Program-made: the position numbers and the translations under genes | The notes under the pieces: model-generated | What the model saw: the letters and a program-made list of their open reading frames with translations, nothing else | Databases searched by the model: none | What the model was told of the DNA's origin: nothing | Assembly: GCA_964586875.1 (NCBI GenBank) | Contig: CAZPJH010000001.1 | Location: forward strand, 6,721-70,720 | Length of the DNA stretch: 64,000 nt | Reading direction: 5' to 3' | Origin: an uncultured Oscillospiraceae bacterium | GTDB lineage: Bacteria; Bacillota; Clostridia; Oscillospirales; Oscillospiraceae | In this document: piece after piece, positions 8,101 through 18,381 of the stretch | Numbering within the stretch: position 1 is the first letter of the stretch | Layout: each line of letters starts with the position of its first letter

Positions 8101-10716
8101 ATGAAGAAACGACTGCTTGCTTGGCTTCTGCTGGTGTGCCTGATGCTGACCGCCTGCGGAACCGGGGAAACGACCGGTAGCAACATCGCATCCACTGCCG
8201 GCACCACTGCCGGTGGCACCACCACTGAGCCCCAGATTCCTGCGGCGGACGAGCCGTCTATCCAGATCCACTATAAGCGTAACGACGGCGCTTATGACCA
8301 GTGGGGTTTCTGGATCTGGCAACAGGGCGGCGAAGGCGCTGTGTATGAAATGAACTATGAAGATGAGTTCGGCGGCGTGGCTGTCTACGCACTGAGCCAG
8401 TTCGGCGCAGATGCACTGACAAAGGGCATCGGCATCATTCCCCGTATGCTGGACAGCTGGACCAAGGACTGCGATTCTGACCGTTTGCTGTCCTTTAAGA
8501 ACATGGTCATGGACGAGAACAACTACTACCATATCTACCTTACCCAAGGAGACGAGGCGATTTATATGGACAAGAATTTGACCGTAGCACCTGCAATCAG
8601 CAAGGCCAACTTCAGCTCTATGAAGCGGATGGTGGTTTTCACAAATAAGCCGATCAGCCATGTTGCGCTGTATGAAAACGGTGTAAAGATCGTAGAAAAC
8701 GATGTAGACAACAAGACCGGCGGCCGTTGCGACTTCCCCGATGGAAAGACTGTTGATTTTGGCAGCAGCTACGAAGTGGAAGTGACCTTTAGCGAGGATA
8801 AGTCCGTGGTCAAGAGTGCAGTTTCCATCGCAAGCCTGTATACGACCAACGAATTCAACAATACATACTATTACGATGGCGAGCTGGGCGCAATTTACAG
8901 CAAGGAGTCTACCACCTTTAAGGTTTGGTCTCCTGTTTCTTCCTCCATTGTGCTGAAGGTTTACAAAGAAGGCACCGATAATGGCAATGGCCCCATTGCT
9001 ACTGTGGAAATGACCAAGGGTGACAAGGGTGTATTCTCCGCAACGCTGGAAGGCGACTATGCCGGAAAGTATTATACCTACACCGTTACCAATGCACAGT
9101 ATCCCGATGGCTTTGAAATCGTTGACCCCTACGCCAAGAGCGCAGGTCTGAGCGGTATCCGTGGCCAGATCGTGGACTTTGATGCAACCAACCCCGATGG
9201 TTGGGAAACGGTTAGCCCCATTGCTTATGACCGTAAGGAACTGGTGGTTTGGGAAACCCATGTGGCAGACGTGACTTCCTCTAAGACCTGGACAGGTAAC
9301 GAACTGTGGCGGAAGAAGTTCCTGGGCATGATCCAGTCCGGCACTACCTATACCGACGGTGATGTTACGGTCAAGACCGGCTTTGACCATATCAAAGAGC
9401 TGGGTGTCAACGCTGTGCAGCTGATTCCCATTTTCGACCAGGCCAATAACGAAGGCAGTCCCAGCTTTAACTGGGGCTATAACCCCCTGAACTACAACGT
9501 GCTGGAAGGTAGCTATTCTACCAATGCACGTGATGGCTACACCCGTATCACCGAGTTTAAACAGCTGATTCAGGCTTTCAACAAAGAAGGCATCAATGTC
9601 ATCATGGACGTGGTGTATAATCACGTCAACTCTGCAAACGCCTCCAATTTTGATGTGCTGATGCCCGGCTATTATTTCCGTTATACCAGCACCGGTGCTT
9701 TGTCCAACGGTTCCGGCTGTGGCAACGAAATGGCCAGCGAGAACAAGATGGCTCGCAAGTTTATCATCGACTCTGTCTGCTTCTGGGCAGAGGAGTACAA
9801 TCTGGGCGGCTTCCGCTTTGACCTGATGGGTCTGCACGATATCGAAACCATGAACGAAGTGGCAAAGAAGCTGCAGCAGATCAACCCCAATATTGTTATC
9901 TACGGCGAACCCTGGACCGGTGGTACTTCCACACTGCCCAGCGACCAGCAGTCTGTTCAGGTCAATGCCAACAAGCTCAACGGTGTGGGCCAGTTCAACG
10001 ACCAGATGCGTGATGCTCTGATCAAGGGTGGTATGAACAGCAGTTCCTCTAAGGGCTGGATCACCAATACCTCCAAGGTCAACGACACGGATATTGACAA
10101 GATCCTGGCTGGTCTGAAGGGTATCACCCTCAACGACAATGCAACTATCTCCGATCCCAATCGGACGCTCAACTACGTGACTTGCCACGATAACTACACA
10201 CTCTATGACCGCATCAAGGCTGCGGGCATCACCGACGAGGAAACCGTTAAGAAGATGGCACTGCTGTCTAATGCTGTGGTTCTGACTTCCAACGGTACAA
10301 CCTTCATCCTGGCCGGTGAAGAGTTCCTGCGTACCAAGGGTGGCGACCACAACTCCTACGCCAGCTCCTATGAGGTCAATGAGCTGAACTATGCACTGAA
10401 GGCCAAGCATCTGGACCTGTTCCAGTCCTATCAGGCTCTGATCAAGTTCAAGATCGAGACCGGCAGCCTGCATCTGGAAGAAAACGAGATGTCTGCCTAC
10501 AACGCAAAGAGCGTAGCCAACGGTGCTGTCATTGAGATCACCTTCCATGACGCCAAGACCAACCGTGACTACAAGATCATTCATGCCAACGGCACGGTCA
10601 AGAATTATACTGCTGACTTTGCCGGTTACCAGCTGGTGCTGGATACCATCGGCGGTACTACCCTGTCCGATGCTACCAATGTTCAGGCATACCAGACCAT
10701 CATTGCATATAAATAA
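8101..10716 (+). CDS. pulA: Type I pullulanase (GH13), lipoprotein with N-terminal CBM41-like and CBM48 modules
   Basis: Lipobox LTAC; IHYKR..WGFWIW; FKVWSP; FNWGYNP, DVVYNH, GFRFDLMG, YGEPW, YVTCHDN. Confidence 0.93.
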   Translation: MKKRLLAWLLLVCLMLTACGTGETTGSNIASTAGTTAGGTTTEPQIPAADEPSIQIHYKRNDGAYDQWGFWIWQQGGEGAVYEMNYEDEFGGVAVYALSQFGADALTKGIGIIPRMLDSWTKDCDSDRLLSFKNMVMDENNYYHIYLTQGDEAIYMDKNLTVAPAISKANFSSMKRMVVFTNKPISHVALYENGVKIVENDVDNKTGGRCDFPDGKTVDFGSSYEVEVTFSEDKSVVKSAVSIASLYTTNEFNNTYYYDGELGAIYSKESTTFKVWSPVSSSIVLKVYKEGTDNGNGPIATVEMTKGDKGVFSATLEGDYAGKYYTYTVTNAQYPDGFEIVDPYAKSAGLSGIRGQIVDFDATNPDGWETVSPIAYDRKELVVWETHVADVTSSKTWTGNELWRKKFLGMIQSGTTYTDGDVTVKTGFDHIKELGVNAVQLIPIFDQANNEGSPSFNWGYNPLNYNVLEGSYSTNARDGYTRITEFKQLIQAFNKEGINVIMDVVYNHVNSANASNFDVLMPGYYFRYTSTGALSNGSGCGNEMASENKMARKFIIDSVCFWAEEYNLGGFRFDLMGLHDIETMNEVAKKLQQINPNIVIYGEPWTGGTSTLPSDQQSVQVNANKLNGVGQFNDQMRDALIKGGMNSSSSKGWITNTSKVNDTDIDKILAGLKGITLNDNATISDPNRTLNYVTCHDNYTLYDRIKAAGITDEETVKKMALLSNAVVLTSNGTTFILAGEEFLRTKGGDHNSYASSYEVNELNYALKAKHLDLFQSYQALIKFKIETGSLHLEENEMSAYNAKSVANGAVIEITFHDAKTNRDYKIIHANGTVKNYTADFAGYQLVLDTIGGTTLSDATNVQAYQTIIAYK

Positions 10717-10731
10717 GCAATAAACAAGGAC

Positions 10732-10767
10732 CAGGGCGTGTTGCAAAAGCGACACGCCCTGTTTTTT
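10732..10767. repeat. GGCGTGTTGCA-family palindrome / bidirectional terminator, copy 1
   Basis: cagggcgtgttgc-aaaa-gcgacacgccctg between convergent genes. Confidence 0.75.
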
Positions 10768-11473
10768 ATGTTTTACGGATAGATCTGCGATATTCCGAAG
10801 GAGAAAGCTGGGTCATGGATTTGAAAGCGGCGGTAAATTTGCTTTGGGTTTCGTATCCTACCTGAGCGGCGATCACACGAATGGATGCGTCTGTGGAGGA
10901 TAGCAGTTCCATAGCCTTCTTAAGGCGATACTCTTTTAAATATGTGGCAATTGGAAGTCCGTATGCCTGCCGAAATTCTCGTTTGAGGGTGGAACTGTCT
11001 ATGAAAAACTGTCTGGACAGGGACTCAATGGTGTGTCGCTGGCTTAAATCTTCAATCAGCAGTTGGTGAATGGCCTGGATTTGAGGAGAGGGGGGAGTGA
11101 CGGATGCCTGTGGCTCGTCAGGACAGACTACATGGTTCAGCTGCTCCATAAAGTGATGTAGAAGTTCTGCTTTTGCCGATCCGGCGGCTCGATAATAAAC
11201 TTCTTTGCCTGCCCGACGACTGACGACCAGGCCGCTGGCTTTTAATTGCTTAAGATGATGGGACAGAGCCGGACTGCTCATGTCCATCATGGCAGACAGA
11301 TTGATCAGGCACTCTTCACAGTGACACAAGATCCAGAACAGTCGCAGGCGGCTGCTGTCACCCAAAAGGCGAAACAGCTCGGCTATGACGGCAAAGTCCT
11401 GCTCCTCCGGCAACTGGGATAACATGGAGAAGGTGGTGTGATGGTGATCGTGGGGCAGTGTGGGTGTGTTCAT
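10766..11473 (-). CDS. ArsR/SmtB-AraC fusion transcriptional regulator
   Basis: N-half FRLLGDSSRLRL..CHCEEC..SSPALSHHLKQLK..RRAGKEVYY (ArsR); C-half TIESLSRQFF..STLKREFR..AAQVGYETQSKFTAAFK..SPSEYR (AraC). Confidence 0.88.
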   Translation of the reverse strand: MNTPTLPHDHHHTTFSMLSQLPEEQDFAVIAELFRLLGDSSRLRLFWILCHCEECLINLSAMMDMSSPALSHHLKQLKASGLVVSRRAGKEVYYRAAGSAKAELLHHFMEQLNHVVCPDEPQASVTPPSPQIQAIHQLLIEDLSQRHTIESLSRQFFIDSSTLKREFRQAYGLPIATYLKEYRLKKAMELLSSTDASIRVIAAQVGYETQSKFTAAFKSMTQLSPSEYRRSIRKT

Positions 11474-11580
11474 GGCAATTCCTCCTTTTGAATATCATAG
11501 CACCATAGTCGCCTAAAAGCAAGAAATTGTTCCAAACGGATGAAGTTTTGTTCCAAAAAGAACAGAAGATTTCCGATGGA

Positions 11581-11637
11581 TTGACATGGTAAAACTTCTT
11601 GATATAATAAAGTTACAGTTAAATAAATACTTAATTG
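11581..11637 (+). promoter_or_regulatory. Promoter of the metal-efflux operon followed by an ArsR/SmtB-type operator
   Basis: TTGACA-16-TATAAT (11581-11608); imperfect 10-2-10 inverted repeat cagttaaata-aa-tacttaattg (11616-11637). Confidence 0.65.
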
Positions 11638-11652
11638 ATAAGGAGAATGACC

Positions 11653-11871
11653 ATGATCAAAAAATATAATGTAGAAGTTGATTGCGCGAATTGCGCCGCC
11701 AAAATGGAAGAAGCTTGCCGTAAGATCCAAGGTGTCAACGGGGTTTCCATCAACTTTATGCTGCAGAAAATGACTGTGGATTTCGCCCCGGAGCAGGATG
11801 AAAAGACAGTGCTGAAGTTGATCGAAAAAACCTGTAAAAAAGTGGAGCGAGATTTTGAACTGAAGGCCTAA
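11653..11871 (+). CDS. Heavy-metal-associated (HMA) domain protein
   Basis: VDCANCAAKME CxxC motif, 72 aa, directly upstream of the P1B ATPase. Confidence 0.9.
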   Translation: MIKKYNVEVDCANCAAKMEEACRKIQGVNGVSINFMLQKMTVDFAPEQDEKTVLKLIEKTCKKVERDFELKA

Positions 11872-11877
11872 GGGGGC

Positions 11878-13755
11878 ATGGCCATGAATCGGAAACAAAA
11901 ACGGATGTTGTTTCGTATTTTGCTGTCAGCGGTGTTGCTGATCGGACTGCAATTTGTACCGGTAGATGGATGGATGAAATTTACTTTGTATATGGTTCCT
12001 TATCTGATCATCGGCTATGATATTCTGTGGGATGCTCTGCGCGGCCTGTGGAACCGGCAGTTGCTGGACGAGAACTTCCTGATGGCAGTGGCAACGGTGG
12101 GAGCGATCGTGTTGGCTGTCACCAAAACAGGGGATTATTTGGAAGCCATTGCCGTTATGCTGTTTTATCAGGTGGGAGAACTGTTCCAAAGCTATGCAGT
12201 TGGTAAAAGCCGCCGCAGTATTGCCGGATTGATGGATATTCGACCGGACTATGCCAATGTTCAAATCGATGGACAGCTGTATACCGTAGATCCGGAAACG
12301 GTTGAAGTTGGTAGCATTATCGTCATACAGCCGGGAGAAAAAGTTCCGCTGGACGGTGTGATCCTGGAAGGCGAATCCAGCATTAATACCTGCGCTTTGA
12401 CCGGTGAGAGCATTCCCCGGGATGTGGCGCAGGGGGATGAGATCATCAGTGGTTGCATCAATATGGTGGGCCTGCTGAAAGTGAGAACGACCAAAGCGTT
12501 CGGGGAATCCACGGTATCAAAAATTCTGGATCTGGTGGAAAACGCCAGCGCACGAAAATCCAGACAGGAAAATTTTGTTACCCGTTTTGCTAAAATTTAC
12601 ACGCCGGCGGTATGTCTTAGTGCATTGGCACTTGCAATATTGCCACCGTTGGTGCGACTGAGCCTGCTGGATCAGGCTGCAAACTGGGGAGATTGGTTTT
12701 ACCGGGCGTTAAATTTTCTGGTTATCAGCTGCCCGTGTGCCCTCGTGCTGAGTGTTCCGCTGACGTTCTTTGCAGGTCTGGGTGGGATCAGCCGGATCGG
12801 TGTGCTGGTAAAAGGATCAAATTATCTGGAAGCTTTAGCCTGTGTCGATACGGTGGCTTTTGATAAAACAGGAACTCTGACCCAGGGCGTATTCCGCGTC
12901 ACCGGGATTTATCATAATACCGTATCTCCGGAAAAATTGATCGAATATGCAGCTTTGGCGGAAAGCAGTTCCTCCCATCCCATTGCCAAAGGCCTGCAAA
13001 GCGCCTATGGGAAAGATCTGGATCGCCATCGTGTCGGCCAAATTCAGGAACTGGGCGGCAGTGGTGTCCTTGCGGATGTAGATGGCCATCGGGTAGCGGT
13101 GGGCAATGGACGTCTGATGGAACAGTTAAATTTGTCCTGTCCTCCGGCGGCTCGGGCCGGCACCGTCGTCCATGTGGCGGTGGATCAGAGCTATTGGGGT
13201 CAGATCCTGATTTCCGATGTGGAAAAGCAAAATGCCCGGGAAGCCATTACGCAGCTGAAAAAAACCGGTGTGAAGAACATTGTTATGCTGACCGGCGACA
13301 GCAAGGCTGTGGCAGCGCAGGTGGCGGAGTCTTTGGGGATCGATCAGTTTTACAGTGACCTTCTGCCGGGGCAAAAAGTGTCCAAAGTAGAGCAGCTGAC
13401 TGAAAAGGGTTGCCGTCTGGCATTTGTAGGGGACGGCATCAACGATGCGCCGGTGCTGTCCAGGGCAGATGTGGGCATCGCCATGGGAGCATTAGGCTCA
13501 GATGCAGCCATTGAGGCAGCGGATGTGGTGCTGATGGATGATGATCCGTTGAAGATTGCCCAAGCCATCGGACTGTCCAGACGGGTGCTTCGGATCGTTT
13601 ACCAGAATATCGTTTTTGCGCTGGTGGTCAAGATGGCTTGCCTGCTGCTGGGCGCATTGGGCGTGAGCAATATGTGGTTTGCAATTTTTGCAGATGTTGG
13701 TGTGATGGTGTTGGCAGTTCTCAACGGCATCCGTGCAATGCTGGTCAAAAAATAA
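11878..13755 (+). CDS. cadA: Cd/Zn/Co-translocating P1B-type ATPase
   Basis: LTGES, SCPC, DKTGTLT, SSHP, GDGINDAP, FADVG. Confidence 0.93.
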   Translation: MAMNRKQKRMLFRILLSAVLLIGLQFVPVDGWMKFTLYMVPYLIIGYDILWDALRGLWNRQLLDENFLMAVATVGAIVLAVTKTGDYLEAIAVMLFYQVGELFQSYAVGKSRRSIAGLMDIRPDYANVQIDGQLYTVDPETVEVGSIIVIQPGEKVPLDGVILEGESSINTCALTGESIPRDVAQGDEIISGCINMVGLLKVRTTKAFGESTVSKILDLVENASARKSRQENFVTRFAKIYTPAVCLSALALAILPPLVRLSLLDQAANWGDWFYRALNFLVISCPCALVLSVPLTFFAGLGGISRIGVLVKGSNYLEALACVDTVAFDKTGTLTQGVFRVTGIYHNTVSPEKLIEYAALAESSSSHPIAKGLQSAYGKDLDRHRVGQIQELGGSGVLADVDGHRVAVGNGRLMEQLNLSCPPAARAGTVVHVAVDQSYWGQILISDVEKQNAREAITQLKKTGVKNIVMLTGDSKAVAAQVAESLGIDQFYSDLLPGQKVSKVEQLTEKGCRLAFVGDGINDAPVLSRADVGIAMGALGSDAAIEAADVVLMDDDPLKIAQAIGLSRRVLRIVYQNIVFALVVKMACLLLGALGVSNMWFAIFADVGVMVLAVLNGIRAMLVKK

Positions 13756-13796
13756 TGGAAAGGACGTGCGGCAGGACTATGCAGCACGTCCTTTGT

Positions 13797-15098
13797 TTAT
13801 GGTCGATGAATGCCTTTTTGCGCCGGGCCGTCCAGCAATTCTCCGGTTTCGGAAAAACGGGAGCCGTGGCAACTGCAATCCCAACTGCGTTCGGAGGAAT
13901 TCCATTTCAGAGCACAGCCCAAATGTGGGCAGCGTGGTGCGGTGGGGCGCAGCAGATTGAAGGTGGATGTGAGGACATTGACAGCCAGCTGTGGGTGCAA
14001 CATGCTGCGAGATGGAGAAAAGAGCTGGCTGTAAGGGCTTTCTTTTCCGAGAATCAGATCTGTCAATAGGTTGGCAGCCACCATGGAGCCGGTCATCCCC
14101 CATTTGTGAAAGCCGGTGGCCACATACACATGGGGGGTGTGTCTGGAATAGGGACCTATATAGGGAAGGCAGTCCAGACTGGTGCAATCCTGGGTGGCCC
14201 AACGTGCTACTTCCCGACAGTGGGGGTAGGCCTGCTTTGCAAAGGTGGACAGTTCCTGCCAGCCGCCACCTTTTTGGCCGGTACGGTGGCCGCCGCCACC
14301 CAAAAGCAGAAGATCACCGTGCTTACGGAAGGAAAGACTGTTTTCTTCGGCGCCGATGTACATACCGCCGGAAAAATCCGTGTTTTCCAAGGCCAGAACA
14401 TAGCTGCGATGCTGATACAACTTTAAAAAATAGCTTCCATGGCTGTTGAGGAAGGGGAAATGGGTGGCAACGACCACATGATCTGCGATGATCTGTCCGT
14501 GATCGGTGATGGCTCTGGTGCCCTCTAATTGGCGGATGGGCGTATTTTCAAAAATGGTCAATTTTGCCGCAATGTGGGCGGCAAATTCCAGCGGATGAAA
14601 CTGTGCCTGATGCTTAAATTTGATCGCTCCGACTGTTTGGAAGGGCAGGGGTAAATCGGTTTTCAAAGAGGCCGGGTATCCCAAAAACCGCAAGGCGTGC
14701 AACTCTTGCTCTAAAAGTTTTTGATCTTGCAGGAAGTAGACATAGGCCGCCTGACTTTCAAAATGGCAGGGGATCTGCTTGCACAGCTGATAATACTGTG
14801 CTACTGCCACTTCGTTGGCCTGCAAATATCCTTTTGCCTGTTCTTTTCCCAGAGATTGGAGTAATTTGTGGTAAATAATACCGTGCTGAGATGTGATCTT
14901 TGCAGTGGTGTTCTGGGTCACACCGCTGCAGATGCGATTTGCTTCCACCAGTGTCACATCCAGCCCTGCTTGCTGCAATCGATATGCGGATAAAAGACCG
15001 GCCATGCCGCCGCCGATGACAAGTACATCTGTTTTACGGTCGGCTTGTAAGGCCGGAAATTGGGGCATCCGAGTATCTGCCCAAATGGAATTCATCAT
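13797..15098 (-). CDS. FAD-dependent oxidoreductase with C-terminal Rieske domain (YhfW-like)
   Basis: VIGGGMAG; TTAKITSQHG; CPHLGC...WDCSCHGSRF. Confidence 0.88.
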   Translation of the reverse strand: MMNSIWADTRMPQFPALQADRKTDVLVIGGGMAGLLSAYRLQQAGLDVTLVEANRICSGVTQNTTAKITSQHGIIYHKLLQSLGKEQAKGYLQANEVAVAQYYQLCKQIPCHFESQAAYVYFLQDQKLLEQELHALRFLGYPASLKTDLPLPFQTVGAIKFKHQAQFHPLEFAAHIAAKLTIFENTPIRQLEGTRAITDHGQIIADHVVVATHFPFLNSHGSYFLKLYQHRSYVLALENTDFSGGMYIGAEENSLSFRKHGDLLLLGGGGHRTGQKGGGWQELSTFAKQAYPHCREVARWATQDCTSLDCLPYIGPYSRHTPHVYVATGFHKWGMTGSMVAANLLTDLILGKESPYSQLFSPSRSMLHPQLAVNVLTSTFNLLRPTAPRCPHLGCALKWNSSERSWDCSCHGSRFSETGELLDGPAQKGIHRP

Positions 15099-15146
15099 TT
15101 ATATCACCGACAGAATTTTGCACATCTACAGCAGAAAATATACAAA

Positions 15147-15176
15147 AAGATGCACCGCAGCTGCGGTGCATCTTTC
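15147..15176 (-). terminator. Terminator after the phosphomutase gene
   Basis: aagatgcaccgc-agct-gcggtgcatctt. Confidence 0.7.
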
Positions 15177-15180
15177 AATC

Positions 15181-16863
15181 TTAAGAGAACAGGGGACGCA
15201 ATGCGTCGGACAATTCTTGCTTTTGCTCTTCGGCTTCAGCAAGGTCTTTGCCAAGAGTTGTGAAGTAGGCCTTGATCTTTGGTTCGGTACCGGAGGGGCG
15301 AACTACCACGGTGGCACCGTTCTTCAGACAATAAACCAGGACGTTGGAAGCAGGGAGACCGGTTTCTTCCGGCTTTGCATAGTCGATGGTGCGCTCAACC
15401 TCAATACCGGCAATGGCGGCAGGGGCATGATCACGCAGGAAGGACATAATGCCTGCCATCTTTTCCATGCCGTCCAGTCCAGGGAACTCGAAGGACTCTA
15501 CCTTGTTCAGATAACGGCCATACTGGGCATAGATCGCGTCCAGATGCTCCTTGATGGAAGATCCGATGGAGCGGTAGTAAGCAGCCATTTCACAGATCAG
15601 CATGGAAGCCACAACAGCATCTTTATCCCGAACGTACGGGCCAGCCAGGTAGCCATAGCTTTCTTCAAAGCCAAAAATGAAACGCTCCACTTCGCCTGCA
15701 TTTTCCAGACGGGCGATCTGATCGCCGATCCATTTAAAGCCGGTCAGCACGCTGCGTAGTTCCACACCGTAATGGGCAGCCACAGCATCAGCCAGGGGCG
15801 TGGAAACCAGAGATTTCACGGCCACGGCGTTTTTGGGCATTGTGCCCTTTTCAATACGGCCGGCACAGATGTAATCCAGCAGCAGAACGCCGACTTCGTT
15901 GCCGGAAACCAGCTCGTAAGAGCCATCGGGGCAGCGGATGGCAATGCCCACGCGGTCGGCATCCGGATCGGTAGCCAACATCAGGTCTGCGCCGGACTGC
16001 TTTGCCAGCTCCAGACCCAAATGGAGAGCCTCGTAGATCTCAGGGTTGGGGTAAGGACAGGTGGGGAAATTGCCGTCGGGCTTTTCCTGTTCGGGGACGA
16101 CGGTGATGTCGGTAATGCCGATATCATGCAAGATCCGCTTCACGGGTACAAGACCGGAACCGTTCAGAGGGGAGTAGACCAGTTTCAATCCGGCAGTCTT
16201 GCACAGATCCGGACGGACTTGGCAGGCTTTGATGGAATCATAGAGTGCTTCTTTGCAGTCGTCGCCTACATATTCGATCAGACCCTGTGCAACGGCAGCA
16301 TCAAAGGACATGATCTTTGCACCGGTGAGAATATCGGTGTTCAGGATCTGTGCATAGACAATAGCAGCAGCCTCGTCGGTCATCTGGCAGCCGTCGGGGC
16401 CGTAGGCCTTGTAGCCATTGTACTTGGCAGGGTTGTGGGAAGCTGTGACCATGATGCCTGCATTGGCCTTGTAATAACGAGTGGCGAAACTGAGGGCAGG
16501 CACGGGCATCAGTGCGTCATAGATCCGGACACGGATACCGTTGGCGGCCAGAACACAGGCGGCTTCCTTTGCAAAACAGTCGCTTTTGATACGGCTGTCA
16601 TAGGAAATGGCCACCAACTGATTGCCTCCTTGCGTTTTGACCCAGTTGGCAAGACCCTGGGTAGCCTGGCGGACCACATAGATGTTCATACGGTTGGAGC
16701 CTGCACCCAGCACGCCGCGCAAACCGGCTGTGCCAAATTTCAGACTGACGGCGAAGCGGTCTTTGATCTCGGCTTCATTGCCCTCGATGGAAGCAAGTTC
16801 GTCCTGTAGATCAGTGTCTTCCAACGGAAATTCCTTCCAACGGTTATAGTTTGTCATATACAT
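15181..16863 (-). CDS. pgm: Phosphoglucomutase/phosphomannomutase
   Basis: FGTAGLRG, TASHNP (phospho-Ser), DPDADR, FEESYG, RPSGTEPKIK. Confidence 0.93.
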   Translation of the reverse strand: MYMTNYNRWKEFPLEDTDLQDELASIEGNEAEIKDRFAVSLKFGTAGLRGVLGAGSNRMNIYVVRQATQGLANWVKTQGGNQLVAISYDSRIKSDCFAKEAACVLAANGIRVRIYDALMPVPALSFATRYYKANAGIMVTASHNPAKYNGYKAYGPDGCQMTDEAAAIVYAQILNTDILTGAKIMSFDAAVAQGLIEYVGDDCKEALYDSIKACQVRPDLCKTAGLKLVYSPLNGSGLVPVKRILHDIGITDITVVPEQEKPDGNFPTCPYPNPEIYEALHLGLELAKQSGADLMLATDPDADRVGIAIRCPDGSYELVSGNEVGVLLLDYICAGRIEKGTMPKNAVAVKSLVSTPLADAVAAHYGVELRSVLTGFKWIGDQIARLENAGEVERFIFGFEESYGYLAGPYVRDKDAVVASMLICEMAAYYRSIGSSIKEHLDAIYAQYGRYLNKVESFEFPGLDGMEKMAGIMSFLRDHAPAAIAGIEVERTIDYAKPEETGLPASNVLVYCLKNGATVVVRPSGTEPKIKAYFTTLGKDLAEAEEQKQELSDALRPLFS

Positions 16864-16879
16864 GGGATTTCACCTATCC

Positions 16880-17335
16880 TTATTTATTTTCGACAAGGGG
16901 ATGATCTTGAATGTATTCATCCAGAAGAGCGGCAGCCAGAAAAACCATCCGTGCACAGGGACGAGCGGCATAATACGCTGCGGTGCGGGGGGTGGGAGCG
17001 GGATCGGAGGGTGGATCGTTCAAAATCTCCCGACAAATGATGCTGCCTGCCTTTTCACGGAATTTCCGGCACAGCTGCTGGACATCTTCATAGACAGCCA
17101 GCTGACGGTCGGGATCCGGGGCTTCGTAACCATAGAGTGTGCCCAAAACAAAGCACATACCGCTGACTGCACCGCAGACCTCTCTCTGGCGGCCAAAGCC
17201 ACCGCCGAAGGGGGACAGCATTTTAGCGGTCTGTTTGTGATCCAGTCCGGTCACGTCACAAAAGGCTACGGCTACAGCCTGGGCACAGTTATAGCCTTCT
17301 ACAAAAAGTTGAGCAGCATATTGACTGTGATCCAT
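16880..17335 (-). CDS. C_GCAxxG_C_C family putative redox protein
   Basis: GYNCAQAV, FGGGFG..EVCGAVSG, GSIICREI, RPC. Confidence 0.88.
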   Translation of the reverse strand: MDHSQYAAQLFVEGYNCAQAVAVAFCDVTGLDHKQTAKMLSPFGGGFGRQREVCGAVSGMCFVLGTLYGYEAPDPDRQLAVYEDVQQLCRKFREKAGSIICREILNDPPSDPAPTPRTAAYYAARPCARMVFLAAALLDEYIQDHPLVENK

Positions 17336-17455
17336 AAAAATCAGCTCCTTCAAAGATCATTCACCCCCATTATAACATTGCTTGTCCGGAATGTACAGAA
17401 TATTTTCTTGCAAGTTGCGAAAATTTCTGTTATGCTGATCCCAGAGGTGATTTTT

Positions 17456-17866
17456 ATGAAGATCATGGTCAGCGCCTGTTTGCTGGGCAGAAATTGCAAG
17501 TATAACGGCGGTAACAATTTGAATGAAAAAGTTGTGGCTTTTTTGCAGGGACATGAAGTGATCCCGGTCTGTCCGGAAGAGATCCTCGGGGTGCCCCGGG
17601 TGCCTATGGAGATCGTAGACGGTGTGCTTGTCAATAAAGAGGGAACGGTGGTGGATGAACCTATCCGCCGAGCAGTGGCCGCAATTGTAGAAGAAAATCA
17701 GGATGTGGAATTGGCAATATTAAAATCCAGAAGCCCCACCTGCGGTGTCAAGCAAGTCTATGACGGCACCTTTTCAGGCAAACTGGTGGATGGCATGGGC
17801 ACATTGGCACAGGCATTGCAGAAAAAAGGCATTCGAGTGCTGGATGTAGAAGACATCCAAAAATGA
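17456..17866 (+). CDS. DUF523 / 2-thiouracil desulfurase family protein
   Basis: VSACLLG.NCKYNG, VCPE, LKSRSPTCG, GMG; GAGGTG RBS before ATG 17456. Confidence 0.88.
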   Translation: MKIMVSACLLGRNCKYNGGNNLNEKVVAFLQGHEVIPVCPEEILGVPRVPMEIVDGVLVNKEGTVVDEPIRRAVAAIVEENQDVELAILKSRSPTCGVKQVYDGTFSGKLVDGMGTLAQALQKKGIRVLDVEDIQK

Positions 17867-17927
17867 AAGGCGTGCAAAAGCACGCCTTTTTGTTAAGCAG
17901 GTATTATGGGGGCTGGCGGCAAAGACA

Positions 17928-18350
17928 TCAAATCAGTGCTTTGCCTAAATTCCGACAGGCGGTGACGGCCTCATCATCAGGGTATTCCTGGCAAATTACG
18001 CTGTCGCAGCAGAGTTTCGCACCACAGTTGTGGCAATCTTCCTCCCAGGAACGCATCCATTCACCGTCGCCCCAACCGTAAGAGCCAAACAGAGCGATGG
18101 GCTTGCCGGAAAGCAGAGACCGGCAACTGTCGAACATGGGCTGAAATTCGTCTTCCTCCAATACCTCTGCACCCATGGCAGGACAGCCAAAGGCAATGGC
18201 ATCGAAGTCGGCCACCATGGAGGGAGAAAACTCGCTGGCGGTCATCATGGAAATATCGGCACCGGCGGCCTTTGCACCCTCCGCCACGGCGGCAGCCATG
18301 GCTTCCGTGTTGCCGGTGCTGCTCCAATAAACAATTGCGATTTTAGACAT
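17928..18350 (-). CDS. Short-chain flavodoxin
   Basis: YWSSTGNTEAMA, GCPAMG.E, FGSYGWGDG. Confidence 0.95.
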   Translation of the reverse strand: MSKIAIVYWSSTGNTEAMAAAVAEGAKAAGADISMMTASEFSPSMVADFDAIAFGCPAMGAEVLEEDEFQPMFDSCRSLLSGKPIALFGSYGWGDGEWMRSWEEDCHNCGAKLCCDSVICQEYPDDEAVTACRNLGKALI

Positions 18351-18381
18351 AAAATTGACCTCTCATAAAAAATTTGGTATA

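Noticed and set aside
8086-10755. 889-aa minus-strand ORF
   Set aside because: Exact antisense of pulA; a product of codon bias
16862-17455. N-terminal extension of the DUF523 ORF
   Set aside because: Antisense to the C_GCAxxG gene; the RBS supports a start at 17456
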